Below, in pieces: positions 36,991 to 50,442 of a DNA stretch of 64,000 bases. This DNA comes from Blasia pusilla (taxonomy: Eukaryota), in contig CM114271.1 in NCBI GenBank assembly GCA_050084515.1, positions 25,172,001 through 25,236,000 on the forward strand, in the 5' to 3' direction. Both the position numbers and the translations under genes were made by a program. The notes below the pieces were generated by a model that was not told the DNA's origin, did no database searches, and was given only the letters and a program-made list of their open reading frames with translations. Numbering within the stretch: the first letter of the stretch is position 1; every line of letters starts with the position of its first letter.

Positions 36991-39509
36991 GTAGGACGAC
37001 ATAAAAAGAAGGCCATTAAATATACGCTTAATGAAGGGAACCTTGCCCATGTTGTATGTTGCGAAACGTTGTGCCCTCCGTCCGTAGTCAGGCCGGGGGA
37101 CCGGCGGTCAACGCCGGTCACATAAAATATCGGCAAGTATTGGCCACGTGACCGGCTCTCCCTACGTCCTAGTCTGGCACGTACTGTAGTCCTGCAAGCA
37201 CTCGTGATCCATGTTGCGAAGCAGCCTGCAAATTGCGAAAGGAGATGTTGCGGGGCTGATTGCTGGAACCAGCTGGGGGATGCCCCCGTACCTGCTGCTG
37301 TACGACGCGTGGAGCCTCGTGTTGAGTCGTGCGCCGCGCCGCGTCGACCTCGTCTTCCCTTTTGAAGGGAGCGACGCCAGCTTGTTGGAGCGAGGCGCTC
37401 GTCTTCTCATCGGCCCCCCCGTAATCTATCATTTATTAATGCATGTAGCCCGCCCCGGGCAGCTTTGGACCGTGATGGCACCCGCCGAGGCCGCACTCGT
37501 ACCGGATACGGTCGGAAAGGGCCGTCAGGGGAGGGACGCCTTCCCAGCCCCGCCTATCGGCGGCCAGGTGTTGGACCTCGGCTTTTCTCTTCGTGAGCCA
37601 TGAGCCCCTTCTCTTCTCGCTCTCTTCTCGCAGATGCACGAAGGTTCCGAACAGTCGAGTTCTCAGCTGCGCAGTCTGTATTCCGGAGACGTCGATCGAG
37701 ATTCGAGAGTGAGAGAGAGAGAGGGAGAGCGAGGGGAGGAGCTTGTCGGCCTTCGGAATACACCACCACATACTGTTGGGCGGGATCGTTCCCTTCGCTT
37801 GCTGCCGTTCTCGAAGGAAAGCGATAGGCAGATCGACATCTCGGATCTCTCTTGGACGAACAGGCGTCCCCGTCGTCACGGATTTCATCGTCTTCTTTTT
37901 TTAGACGGTCGCATTGTTTGTTTGTTCCGAGTTGTGGTGTACGTCCATCCTACCAGATCCAGGCCGTTCTCGTCTGCGTTCAGTCACCCCTGCGTCTCGC
38001 TCGCTACAGGAAAATCTGACAGCGTTTTCAAAGTGGAATTTGTTTTGCATAAGACTACTGACACACGGTTGACGTCACTCCGAGGGATCTGTGAACTGGT
38101 TTCAACTTATGTACTTCTTCCCACAGCATGTTTCATCGCAGAGATTCCAACCTAGGCTTACGTGACATTTGCGAGACGAACTCCTACAGAGTACATGTCC
38201 GAGCGGGATTAAAAATTCTGAAACCGATGAACCTAGTGACAGATGAGAGGAGAGGGAAAGAAAGCGTCTCACGGTCATGGGACTCCAGAGAGCAGCAGAT
38301 CGTCCGTCGGTTGAAGCAAGAACTCTTCGAGACATGGATCCAACTTCGACAGACGATCGACGGAGAGACAGCCAACCAGATGCGACCGACGATCGAGTCA
38401 TTGCTGTTAGTCGGAAGTCAAGAGCACTCGGACGAAACTCGATGCGGATTGGAGGAAAATCTGCTGACAAGTCAGCGGGAAAATATGTTTGAAGCCTCCC
38501 GGGCGGGCAGGGCAGGCACGGCTTGTTCGAGTAATATTATTAGTGTTAGATCGGAGGAACCAACTTTAGAATAAAACCTAAACAAGAGGCCTTCAACAAC
38601 AACCAACAATAGAAAGCGCTACTCTCTATGTGCGTGCCAGAGCCAGTGCGGACTTAAAACGACAAACAAGACAATAATGTACGACGCTACATCCTGTAGA
38701 TTCCTCTCAGTAATGTACCCCTTGAGCTCTACAATAACTGCTGGAGACTCGGTGGATGGCAACGGCAAAGTAAGCCTCCGGAAACTTTGATAATCAAAGT
38801 TTCCTGGAGAAAAATTAACCTGTGCTTAGAAAGTACCTTCGGCTCATTAGTGTCCTACCATAGAGAGTACGCGTCATTAGGCGCTCAGGCATAAGTTGCA
38901 TAACCTGCAACTTGAGCTTCATAACTCAAAGCTGCCAGTTTCCCACGAACCGACGGCAGTAGGGTTCCTTCTATCACTCACCGATCCAATCCGAACGATG
39001 GACCGAACCACGCTTATCGTGTTTAATTAGCTCCAGATTCTCTAATTACGCTGGCAACTCACGACGTGATCTGAATTTCTGAAATGCCGAGGGAGCAGCG
39101 AGTGGCGCTAGCGGTGTTTAGCGAGTCGGACACCGTATTAGAGTCGGTAATTAAGCCTGCGGCGTGTGAGACGTACTTACTCATGGACATCGTGACCCGA
39201 GGCGGAGAAGTGGTGAACGAAATTCAACGAACACGGGACGGAGCGTCAATGCCTACTTACGGAGTCCCAGAGGTACGAAGCTGCCCGGGCATCTCGCGAA
39301 GTATCCGATCCGAGCGGGCAACGGACACGCTGGCCAGACCCAACTCCCGAGTAAAGCAGCTAATCGGCCTTATATTTAGACCCGCGACGCGGACACTAAT
39401 TAATAAGATATTTTTAAGGCCCCTCTAAATCCCCTCACGACGTGTCGCGCTACGTGGCCTCGCTGGGGGAATTCTATACGGTCCTTCACATCGACCGACT
39501 CCTTCACTA

Positions 39510-39644
39510 AATGCCCCCTTCTTCCTTTTCTGGTCGTGTTGTGGCCTTCAGGTTTTGACTCTTTGAGTCCCCTCTTTTGTATTTCCGATGGGTTTTCCAT
39601 CACTCGTTTTTATCGAAGTACATCTTAAAAAAAAAAAAAAAAAA
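39510..39644 (+). mobile_element. Short retroposed copy of the CRE-like 3' end with an 18-nt poly(A) tail
   Basis: Near-identical reverse complement of 35651-35768, followed by A18 (39627-39644). Confidence 0.8.
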
Positions 39645-42600
39645 TTTCTAAATGAACCTTGTCAAGTATATGGCATGTATGTCGGCACTGCCAGGGGCAA
39701 TCAGTCAGTACTGCGCCACAAGCAGAGGAGAATATTCACCTCTCGGAAAACCAAAACCATGCGATTCGCGATTTCCCTTCGCCTCCTCATGGCTCGACCG
39801 GTGTGCTTTACCGCTCCACGGTCGCGAACCGGCGGACCTTCTGCCACCTCGCCGCGCCTTTCCTTGGCACTGGACGCGCACCGGCGGGTGATGCCGGTGG
39901 TCAGACGGGAAAGACTGCATCGTCAAACTTTTGGAAGGGACAGACAGCAAGGCTCGTGGGCCCCGCGCGTCCGCTCCCTCGACGGGAGCGGACGCTGGAG
40001 CAGCTCGCGCGAAAGTACCCGCGGGCAGGCAAGCGAAATGTCCTGGGCGAGTTGTTGCGAGTGACTCTTTCTCCGCTTTTCACGACCGGGCAGTGGAGGT
40101 CAATCCCCGGTCAAAGAAAAAGAATAGCGTCGCGAGGAGATCCCATGCCTTCCGTCCTTCCGTCCACCCGGCCTGTCCGTCCTTCGTCCCACTGCTCGTC
40201 GGCGGGGGGCCTAAGAAAAACGCGGAAAGAAGGACGACCCCGACAGCACATTCCGACCGCTCGGGGTTTTCCCCGGAGACAAAACGTCCTTCGCGCGTGT
40301 GAACCCTCCGTTCGCGATTTTCATCCTTTATCAAATCAGGCCCGACGACACGTGTCTCGTCAAGACCAGGGTCAAGAAACCTCGCCTTCGGAGTCTGGAC
40401 AGACTCCTCTAAATCGTGTCTTATTATTATTTCCCCATTTCGCCTTCTCCCATCTTTTTTTGGTTGGACTTTGTTAGGAAAAAATGCGCGGGCTGACTCC
40501 GTAAAGAACGTGAGCTGAGGCCGAGGAGAGATGAAGTTTTCTACATGGAAGTCGTATATCCCATATTTTATCCGATCACCTTGTTTGCGGTGAGGCTCGG
40601 AGGGGGTTTATGACTCTACTTCCGCATGCGATGGGAACAAGAGTTGTAAAGATGCAAACCTGAAAAGCGGATGGGGGACCCAACGAAAATAACAACAAAA
40701 ATAAAGGGGACACGAAAAGAGGTCAATTAGCAAAACGTCTTTTCGTGAGGAGAGGATGGGGAGGAATGGAATGCCCTTCAAGCCCCCCACGACTTTCAAT
40801 AATCCAATCGATGTACATTGGTCTAAAAGAATGAATCTTGGGAGAAGAAGTGGCCCCCTTGTCAAAATCCATCATCACATGACCATGTCTCAAAAGTACT
40901 TTTTTCTGAACAACGAGCATAATAATAGAAATCCCTTGGGAAAAAAAAAGGTATGGACACCTCTCCTTTAATGGAAAAGACATGGGCACTTGGATTAAAA
41001 AAGAGCAATGAAGCATGCCCATGATGGATTAACATAGGTCCATGGTTAGAATGAGAGACAATAACCCTTGCCAAATTGATAGTAAATTTAGATTCTCTCA
41101 TATGCTGCTCCTTGTCAAAAATGACCTTGGGGAAACATTTGTGGTGGTATTATTTTCCATTCAATATGATAAAAACACTAGCCACCGTCACCGTGGTCAT
41201 GAAAAGATAAGCATAGATGAGGTAAGCAAATACAAACTAGTTTTTTCCCACCTTAGTACATGGCATTCACTCCCACAAGTAAGGCAAAACGCACAATTTT
41301 AGTTTTTTATGGGTGAAAACCCTCTCTGAGATGGATCTCGAGATATTGTAACAAAATTCGGCATTCATATTGTGTCAATCCCATAAGTCATAGTTAGGGT
41401 AGGACCAAATGTAACATCACCAATACGATAATGTGATCGGTACAAGGTGGAAAATTGAAATGGATATCCTTGTAGAAATCCTCTCCCCTTCGTTAAATAA
41501 GACTTTAGTCTTTTGCTACTACTATCTATTTATGTAGCCAGGATCCAGTCAAATATATTAGCATTGGAAGTACTCAAAATGAGTTTCCATTAGAGAAAAG
41601 TGGAGCTCAGAAAAAACCTCCCAAGAGTGACATCCTAGTGAAGTTTTTCTAGCCTGTCATGAAAAAATAGGTCTACAGACCCCCTTAGATCATTATGGGA
41701 CCGATAGTTACCTACCTTTATACCATAAACTACTAAAATTCCTTTAGAATAGAAAAAATATGACTTATGTGCCATATTTCTCAAGAATGCAATAGAAGCC
41801 GCCTCCTACATATAGAGGAGCCATGTTGCAAAAATGAGGAAAATTGAGAAGATTGCCAACGAGCAAGTTCTCCATGCCTACCATCATAGATTATGTGATC
41901 GAGACAAGATTATACAAAGGATTTATATAAAATGGATTTGCGTAAGCAAAGTGTTCATTTGTGGAAACACTTGGCCTATAAGGCTTTTGTCCTTATGTGC
42001 TACAGATATTTTATGTGCAAACTTCACCTTCAAGACCACTTTTGAGGGTTAGAAGAAATTTTAATATATTTGAATTCTTTCAAGGAGACCACTCGTAGAT
42101 GATGGAAAGGAGGTACTGCCATGTATATTGGGAACTTTTTGACCTATTTATTTAATAGGGGATCTAGTGATTTGGATCATTAAGGAGGGGCCCTTTGATC
42201 TTATATATATTCTCAAGGTATTGGTGCAAGGGCTATATTCTAGGTATTAGACTTCCAACATTGAGTATAACTACTCTATGCTACTCTCAAGTAGGTATGG
42301 AGATTCTCTTTTCCAAAGACTGGATATGGTTTGATTTTCCGTAAAGAAAGAGAAGGTTATATTTATCTTGTTATTTGGAGATATTCCCTAGCTTATAAAC
42401 CCAATCTAGAGTGCCATGTGAATAATTTCTCTTAGGTTTGAAAGAATGGAGAAAAGAAAAATAATTTCTCTTTAAGACAGGTATTTTATTATGATACTTT
42501 ATAGTCATTTTATGCACATGTTTTAGGATTCTTCCATATTTTTAATAAATGATGCCATCTTGATATCTGACTGCCTTAGTGAGTGATATCAATCCATTCA

Positions 42601-43149
42601 AAATTAATTATGTTTTTGTAACATGTGTCCAAGCCTACCCCACCTCACAACCCCTCCTAATTTTGGAACATCTACAAATCTCTACGCACTTGTTAAGTTT
42701 TATTGTGCATGTCCGCTCTACTTGCCACAATTAATGTTTATTGTATGCTTCTTTACCCAATTTGTGTGAAAATCTATTCATTTTCTAAATTCATTCTAGC
42801 ACCTTCACTTGCCTCACTAATTGCTCCTTACCCCCAAAGAAATTTCCTTAACATAAGGAATGCTATGTATGACTGTATGCATTGAGAAAATTCAAAAAAT
42901 AAGTTAACTAAGTTTATAGCATCACATATATCAAAAAAATTGATGCAAATGTCTTAAATAAGAGTGTTCTCAAAGACACTCCAACGAGTATAGACTTTAA
43001 TTTGAAGAAGACTTTATTAGATTGAAAACATGCAAGAAACTTGTAAATGAAAGTTGTCTATTTGGGAAACTCTACATGTTTCACAATTGACCTAGATCCT
43101 CAAAGACCCAACTTAGGCACAGAGAGAGAGAGAGAGAGTGTGTACTCAT

Positions 43150-46100
43150 TAAATAGTGCCTGTTGTAGCCTTGCGACCATAGACCCCGCGCCCTGGTTGG
43201 ACGGTGCTTGAGACTGGGATGGGTGTAGAGAGAGAAGCAAGTGAAGAAGGTACCATATGAGAGGAGGGAGACACTCGCATATAGTGTGAGTGCTGACCAA
43301 ACAACGTGTTTGTGCGGAGCTTCCAAGTGTCAACCAAGAAACTCTTCACCACACAATCTACTTTACCTGATTGGGATCCCCAATAGACATTACTTACCGG
43401 TCAAAGCTGACTTTGGGCAATGAATCAAGGCTACTAAATGTGTTGAACAATTTTGGTGCTACCCGACTTAGCAATATCAAGATATGCTCTTGTTCTGTGT
43501 GTTGTGAATTTTGCGCAGGAGACCAAGTAATGACTAGAGGTTTCGTCCCCATCGTCACACAAGGTGCAAGAGTTTAATTGTGTTCCCATTCTGCTTTTCT
43601 TATGGTTCAAGGGGATTGCCCCCGTCCTGAACTTGAACTTGAGCCGGGTTCCCAAGCAAGGGGTTCCCCGCAAATAGTTCTTCATTTTTGCCCTCTCGGG
43701 ATATACCGTCAAAAGAGAGAGGTCCGACATTTTCATGGCTTCCTCCATGCTATTCTACTGTGAGCGTTTTCCCACTGCTTTGGTTATGATATCCACGAAT
43801 GCTTTCTCATCTTGCTCCCACAGTTCAGGCCCTGCTGGGAGCTTGGATGCTTGCACAATCTCTTGAACCTTTTTCGTCCAAGATTTGGCCTGTTTTACGG
43901 GTCTTCTTTGGGTTGAGGTTTTCCCCATCACCTCTTTAGGATAGCGATGGGAGTCCATTGTCTCGAGTTGCCTCCGCCATTTCAACTTGGCGATGTCACG
44001 ACTATCCTCCAAGGGTTCCACACCTAGTTCTGATCTCACACCAACGGGGGTTGTTCGTGATGAAGTTGACATCATACCCCGAAACGCCTTCAGCTGCACA
44101 GCTTCAAGCCTATCCCTTTGTTTGGTGTTGGCATCCCACACTGCTGCTCCGTATTCCCGCGAGGGACGAATGGTATGCAAAATGACACAGCGCTTTACTT
44201 CGATGTGATGTCCCAAAGATCAGAGGAAGTCTGGATAGACCGTTCACCTTCTTGTAGCCTTTCTCAGTAGTCTTCTTGATGTGTGCATCCCACATGCAAT
44301 CTTCTAAGAATTCTATGCCCAGGTAGGTGTAGGTAGCCACACGGGGGATCTCTTGGTCACCCAGTCCCCACTGTTGGTCTTGGTCCTCCTCCTTGCCATT
44401 GAAAATCATCACACCGCACTTCAAGACATTTGCCTCCATGCCCCACATGTCACACCAGATTTTGGTGGGAGATCATCTCTTGAGTTTCTCTCCTATTTCC
44501 TCGAGGCCACCAAAGTCATCAGCAAACATGAGGGCAACAATAGAGTTGTTGCCCACCCGTATGCCTAGTCCACTATCCTCCATTTCTTCCAATAGGGAAT
44601 TCACGAAAATGTTGAAGAGGATGGGGAGAGCGGGCATCCTTGAGCCACTCCTTGCTTGATGTCGAATGTCCCACTCTTTTGGCCATTCACCGAGAACTCT
44701 ACTCCTTGTGTTCTGGTACATCTTCTCCACCACCCTCCACATTTTCCCTCTCGGCCCCGCCTTCCACAAGGCTATAAGAAAGCCCATCACGCCATACAAG
44801 TGTCGTATGCCTTCTTGAGGTCCAAGAAGAAGCAATAGGTGGGTTTCCCCTCTTTTTCCCACCCTGGATGATCCGATGAAGGTGAAGATGTGGTCCACGC
44901 ATCCTCGGGCTTGCCGGAAGCCACTGGCCTTCTTGATGCGAATTCTCCTCCAAGTACATAGAGATCCTATTGTTGAGTATCGGCGGAGAGGAGCTTCCCG
45001 ACTACACTCAAGCAATGTAATACCCCTGTAGTTTCGGGGTCTTCTCGCTCACCCTTCTTGAAGAGGTTCACGATGACTCCCATCCGCCATCTTTGTGGGA
45101 TGACTTACGCCCGCTTGAGACCAGGTTGAAGAGACTCACTAGAGAACGAGCCATAGCAAAGATCGCCATACTTCAACAGCTCATTCACAAGCTCATCACC
45201 ACCGCTTTGCTTTGTGGTTCACAAGTTCTTTGATCGCTTCTCCCACCTCAGCCAGGGAGAACCAATCATTATATGGGTTGCCCAGCTCAACCTCATCATC
45301 CGCCTTCTCCGTTGTATCTTAACAAAATCCTCCACCACCCTCTCAAGTTACGCTCTTCAAGGGATGTCCGAGCGGGCTTCTGCCTAACTCCTTGTAATGG
45401 CCTTCCAACACATGTCGGATCTCTTTAGCTGTGGTCACCATTCCACCGTCTTTTCTCTTCAAGGCCTTTACGTCATTTTTGTCCCTGGCCTTGCTCAATT
45501 TCTGCGCCGTTCCATAACTTTTTCGATTCTCGGTGAAATTCTCATTGATGGATGAGTATGTGGCTTGGTTCATTTTCTTCTTGTGCATGCGCGCACGAAG
45601 ACGGGTTTCCTGCGTAGGGCCACATACTCGCCCCACAAGGATGCATCGCCCCTGGCTTTGGCACTTGTGACATACGTTTCCCTTCGTTTGGCAATGGTGC
45701 CTTGAGTTCCAAGGACCACCATTTGATGGCTCTGCCGCATATTATCAATTTCTGCCGACAGAAATCTCGGCAAAGATCTGTCACTCCACGCTCCCACCAT
45801 GCAAAGCACCATGTCCACAGTTGTTCTTGTGAACCCAAAGGTCTTGACGGTAGATTCAATGAAAGTGTCAAATGCCAAGAGATTTTCTTCCAGCTTGCCA
45901 ATGTACACCTTCTTGTTGCCCTCATCTTGAAGTCCTCTATCCTCCATTTCTTGATCACCCTCTTCCTTTGGTTTGGTCGAGCATTTTAGCCTTTCTTTGC
46001 AACTCTGCCCGAGACCAATGAATGATCTGATCTTCCAATGTCATCGCATCCTCTATGATCTTCCCCTTTGCGTGTGTAGAGTTCCTCATCCACAGCTATG

Positions 46101-47860
46101 TAGTCCACAATCGAGCTCTCATTCTCCTTGAAGTTGACCCTAGTCCAAGCCGGGATCCCACCTTATGCCTATCATTAAGTGCCATCAGTTGAAGTTCCCT
46201 CAACATCGTGATCAGCCGTGTGCCATTGCCATTCACTCTCACATCTCGAACATCCCGATCTCCGCTGGAGATCGGTGCCTTGCCCACCGGTTGTTGAAGT
46301 CTCCCAGCAAGACTATGTTCCCCTTTTGTCGGAACCCAAGGCAATCAGTTTTCACACTATCAAACGCTGCCTCTCTACTACAAAGAGTGATTCACTATTT
46401 GTAGGCATGTAAATACACCCGATATACATATACCGCGGGTTGCACTCAGCTCGGACTTTGACCCATATGTTGTGTTCATACTGAGCCCTGTCGATGATCT
46501 CACACTGCCCACCATGAAGTCTCGATGAAGAACCCAACACCCTTCATACCTCTGTTGTTGTCCGCCTAGGTCTTGCACATCTTTCCAAACCATGCATAGT
46601 GTGGTACATGGGGTATCTCCATTAACTTGGTTTCCCAAGTTTCGACCCCCCCATATATGTATTTGATTTTTCAGCAAAACTTCAGCAACCTCTAGCTGCT
46701 TCATTGCATGGGTCACCCACGAAGTTCGAGGTACCCAAACGGAGACTGTTACTAAGTGGGTTGGGGATCGGCGGGCACGCTTTTGGCGTCGGTGTGGATG
46801 CTTGCGACATGGAACCTCTTCATGTGCAGGCTCTTCATTGCTGGTCCCTTGGAGAACACTAAAGATATTAGGTGTGTAGATCACCAACGGTTTTGTGGAG
46901 ATGGGCCTTTCCTTCAAGCTGGAACCACCCTCGACTACCATAGCCCTCCAGTTGTAGGCACGTCTCAGATCTTGAGACACCTGGTTTTTGTGGCAAGCCA
47001 AGTATTGGCCTCCTCTGCCCTTGATAGACGCCTTGAAGATACATTGATTTCTGTTCATCATACTGAGTAACCCCAAAGAAGAGCTGTGAATTCAAAGCCC
47101 AAAGTGCAAGCACATGATCTTAAATGAGACAAAGTCTATTGTGGGACGATACACCGAAAATTATCATGTGGAACCGTGGTCTCCTCCTGTAGACCAGATT
47201 GAACTCGCCGCCCTGGTCCAAACTCCGGGGGGCCTTTGAGCGTCTCACATAAACATGCCGGTATTCCTCACCTAGCTTGGGGATGGTGGGCTTTGTTATG
47301 CGCCTTTGATAGGTGAACTGATACTCCTCACAAGCTTGGGAGGATTGAGATATATTGGGCTCAAGGCCGCTGATTATATGTAGAGATTTGGCAAACAACT
47401 GATTTAGGATCCTGGGGAGAATGTTTAAGCTCCCACCAGAGAGTCAGCGGGGACTCGCTGTCCTATTTGTCTTGGAGGGGCTGCCTCCAAGCAGTGGTGC
47501 CCAAAGAGAGCCCGCTTGTTACCCCCAGAGATCATCACTACCGCCAAGGTGACAGCCACGGCATTAAGGCTGCAGAGGAGGGCCCGTGAATCCAGCTTCA
47601 AAAGAAGGAGAGGTCTCCATTTCTCCAACTAAGTCCACTGGACACCTTGCTTGTGGCACAACTGCCACAAGTCACATGGATTACACGACACACTAATCCA
47701 CACCTACCAACCAGGGGAACGACATCGCAATCTCACTACACGTTCCAACTACAGCAATGGGCAACTCGACAGAGAGTATTGCTATATTGCTTGCACGCGG
47801 TTCACTCATTATAAGCTACCCAAGAGCACTGCTTTAGAACATGTCGTCCCAACATACCAG
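43150..47860 (-). mobile_element. Near full-length LINE (APE endonuclease + RT + C-terminal CCHC; RTE/RTEX-like), degenerate
   Basis: APE: IGCIYMPT, VLLGDFNNR, NGNGTRL, SIVDYI, SDHSLV (~46700-46010). RT: YRGITLL, GFRQARGCVDHIF, LDLKKAY, PILFNIFVN, ALMFADDF, YTYLGIEF (~45030-44310). CTLCDDGDETSSHYLVSC near 43500-43570. Both boundaries are approximate. Confidence 0.85.
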
Positions 47861-47863
47861 GCC

Positions 47864-48017
<154 letters not shown>

Positions 48018-48383
48018 TAGAGTAGTTTTTAGTCCACGGGAAGCTGATCTGGCTTATGGGACCCCTTCCACATATGTGAAATTGACATCGCATCCGACAT
48101 GGCACCTTCACATCTAGATTTGGGGTTCTCACTCAAGAGATTTGGTTTTTTTTTTTTTTTTTTTTTAAGGCCTGGAATTTTATCCATATTTTTAACCTAG
48201 GAGCATAGTCAAGGCACACAAGGCGTTCTCTCTCTCGAACATGGACTATCCATGCCCTAGGTAGGGTTAGCCACTGCTCTGGGGATGAGACCCCCCAAGG
48301 AGAGAGTTGAACCCAAGACCTCTTCAAGAGGACCTTATGTTTGTTCAGCTAACCTCTTGGTCATCTACCGCTTGATGAGCAAG

Positions 48384-48384
<1 letters not shown>

Positions 48385-48421
<37 letters not shown>
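48385..48421. repeat. (GATA)n microsatellite
   Basis: Seen directly. Confidence 0.9.
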
Positions 48422-48422
<1 letters not shown>

Positions 48423-50129
48423 GGGTGTTATGAGTAATTGGTGCGTTCTTCCAATTAGGAGGAGGGGGGGGGACAAACTCGGTTCTGCCGGAGCATCCAG
48501 TCAGGAGGAGGCCCTTGGATAATGAGCTTTGTTGTTTCGAGGTTATTCTCATGGTATAGATCGGTAAAGTTGAGTTCTGGAAGAATCCTTCCCACTGTAC
48601 CATCCGTGGGGTCGGAGCTAAAAGGCGTTGTAATCTAATGCCTCCCAGCGAGATATTGACTTCCAGTCCCGGTCCCAAGTACGAGTACATTCCGTATATT
48701 GTTAATAGGCTTTTTACCACAAGATTTAGTCCGATACAAAATTTGAGAACGATGATAACGATGCCACAAGAGTATTTGAACTCGACCGAGGGAGCGAGTG
48801 TGGTCTGCCATTTAACGGGGGATAGTTGCAAAGAGATCATCAAGCGAGGAGTTGGTGAAGTCCTGAGAAATATGTGAAAATAGTAGACAGCAGAGTTCAA
48901 GGTTGAGGTAGTAACGTAACATCGTGACCTGAAGCAAGAATGGTGCAATTTGGAATCATGTCATCAAACTCATAACAACGGAGCTTTAGTTTGATTTATC
49001 CGCCACTCAGGGGGAAATTGTTTCTGTTTTAGATTTGAGAAGGTGGCCAAGGAGCTGAACTTCCAATGATGAGAAAGCCAAAAGAAGAGTGAATTTTGAC
49101 TCTTGTGTTTTTGTTGGTCCTTGGAGAGAAATAAAACAAAGGGTGTTCCCAAAGGAAAAGATGAAAATAGCACTAGAATATCATAACTCAAAAGTAATAG
49201 TCAGTGTTCCAAATTTGATATGGATTTTTGGTGTTCAACCCATTTGGGCTTTGATGAATTCTATAGACATGTTAAAACTTTGTCTAACATTCAAAGGTGT
49301 AATCAAATGTAGTGAATTTCTTGAAGTAAACGAACGTCTCCCAATTAGTCTCCTCCCAAGCTTAAGACAAAGTTTATGATTGGAAAATAAGCAAATTCTA
49401 GAAATTTCTGTTTTTTAATGGATGCTTCATGTGTAAAACAAAAGAAGTCTCCATTCTTAAAACAAGTTGCACATAGCTAAAATATAAAGGCAAAGGGCCA
49501 ATACTATAACGTAAAGATTGATCACGATATGGATCAATTAACATATATGTCAAGGGATCATTTTTGTTCCAAAAGTTTGTTTTCTGCAAAGGGGGGGGGG
49601 GGATGGGGACGGGGACGAGGCATTGAATACATGGATTATCATTGTTAATAGAGGATTGACGAGCTTGTTGTTGTGTTATCTATAGCAACATATCAATGAG
49701 CCCAACTCCCATTATTAGAAGCTACCTAACATTCTTCCCAACATATTCCTCTAACAAAGGAGAAGAAAAGAATGTGACACTTAAAAATTGAAATGTTAAA
49801 ATTCATGGTTGCTACGTGTTTGTACAAACAAATAATTCATTCTTGCAACCAATGGGGATGCCTCCTTCAGTCTTTGCCATTTCCCCACAATAATTACCCC
49901 CTTAATTATGATGAAAATTTAGATGTTATTGTGGCTTCTAATGATTATGGAATCTCTAATGGGATATAGTAGTCACCTCTTAGGCATTCTAGTGGGAAGT
50001 AATCTCACCAACCATCATAAAGAACTAACTCGAGAGAAAAGAAATATTTTTTTGTTTTTTAATAGAATTTAAATACATATTAGTGAAGTATGAAAAATCA
50101 AGTGCTACATCAAGTTTGATTGAAGATAT

Positions 50130-50442
50130 TGTAGAAAACTGCTAAATAAACATATTTGATGGAAAACGGCTCTCACACTCACACATCACCATGGAGAACG
50201 AAATTTTGAAATGAGAGAATGAGTGGAGGCTGGTCCCCTTCTCAATTATATAAGATATGTACAAGAAACCCTAACCCTAATCTTAACCATAGTTTCGAGT
50301 TAGACTAAGTGTGATTAACTAACCATAGTTAAGATAATCACGCTTAACTGACTAACCAAGATTAAGCTTCCCTACTTCGTGTGAGTACCAAATGTAGCAG
50401 TTCACGTGTCTCATGAGCTTGATTGTAACTCAATCTTAAATA
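50130..50442 (-). repeat. Copia 3' LTR
   Basis: Direct repeat of 55133-55436. Confidence 0.92.

Noticed and set aside
37000-40600. ORFs up to 272 aa and a possible miRNA/lncRNA locus
   Set aside because: No recognisable protein motif, conserved plant miRNA sequence or long hairpin found by eye.
41000-42600. Possible CACTA transposase debris (also ~21430-22500 and ~60200-61500)
   Set aside because: Only faint motif echoes with no termini. Too decayed to support a feature call.
48361-48948. 195-aa minus-strand ORF next to (GATA)n
   Set aside because: No recognisable domain and it runs into a microsatellite. Possibly a TE fragment, but unsupported.
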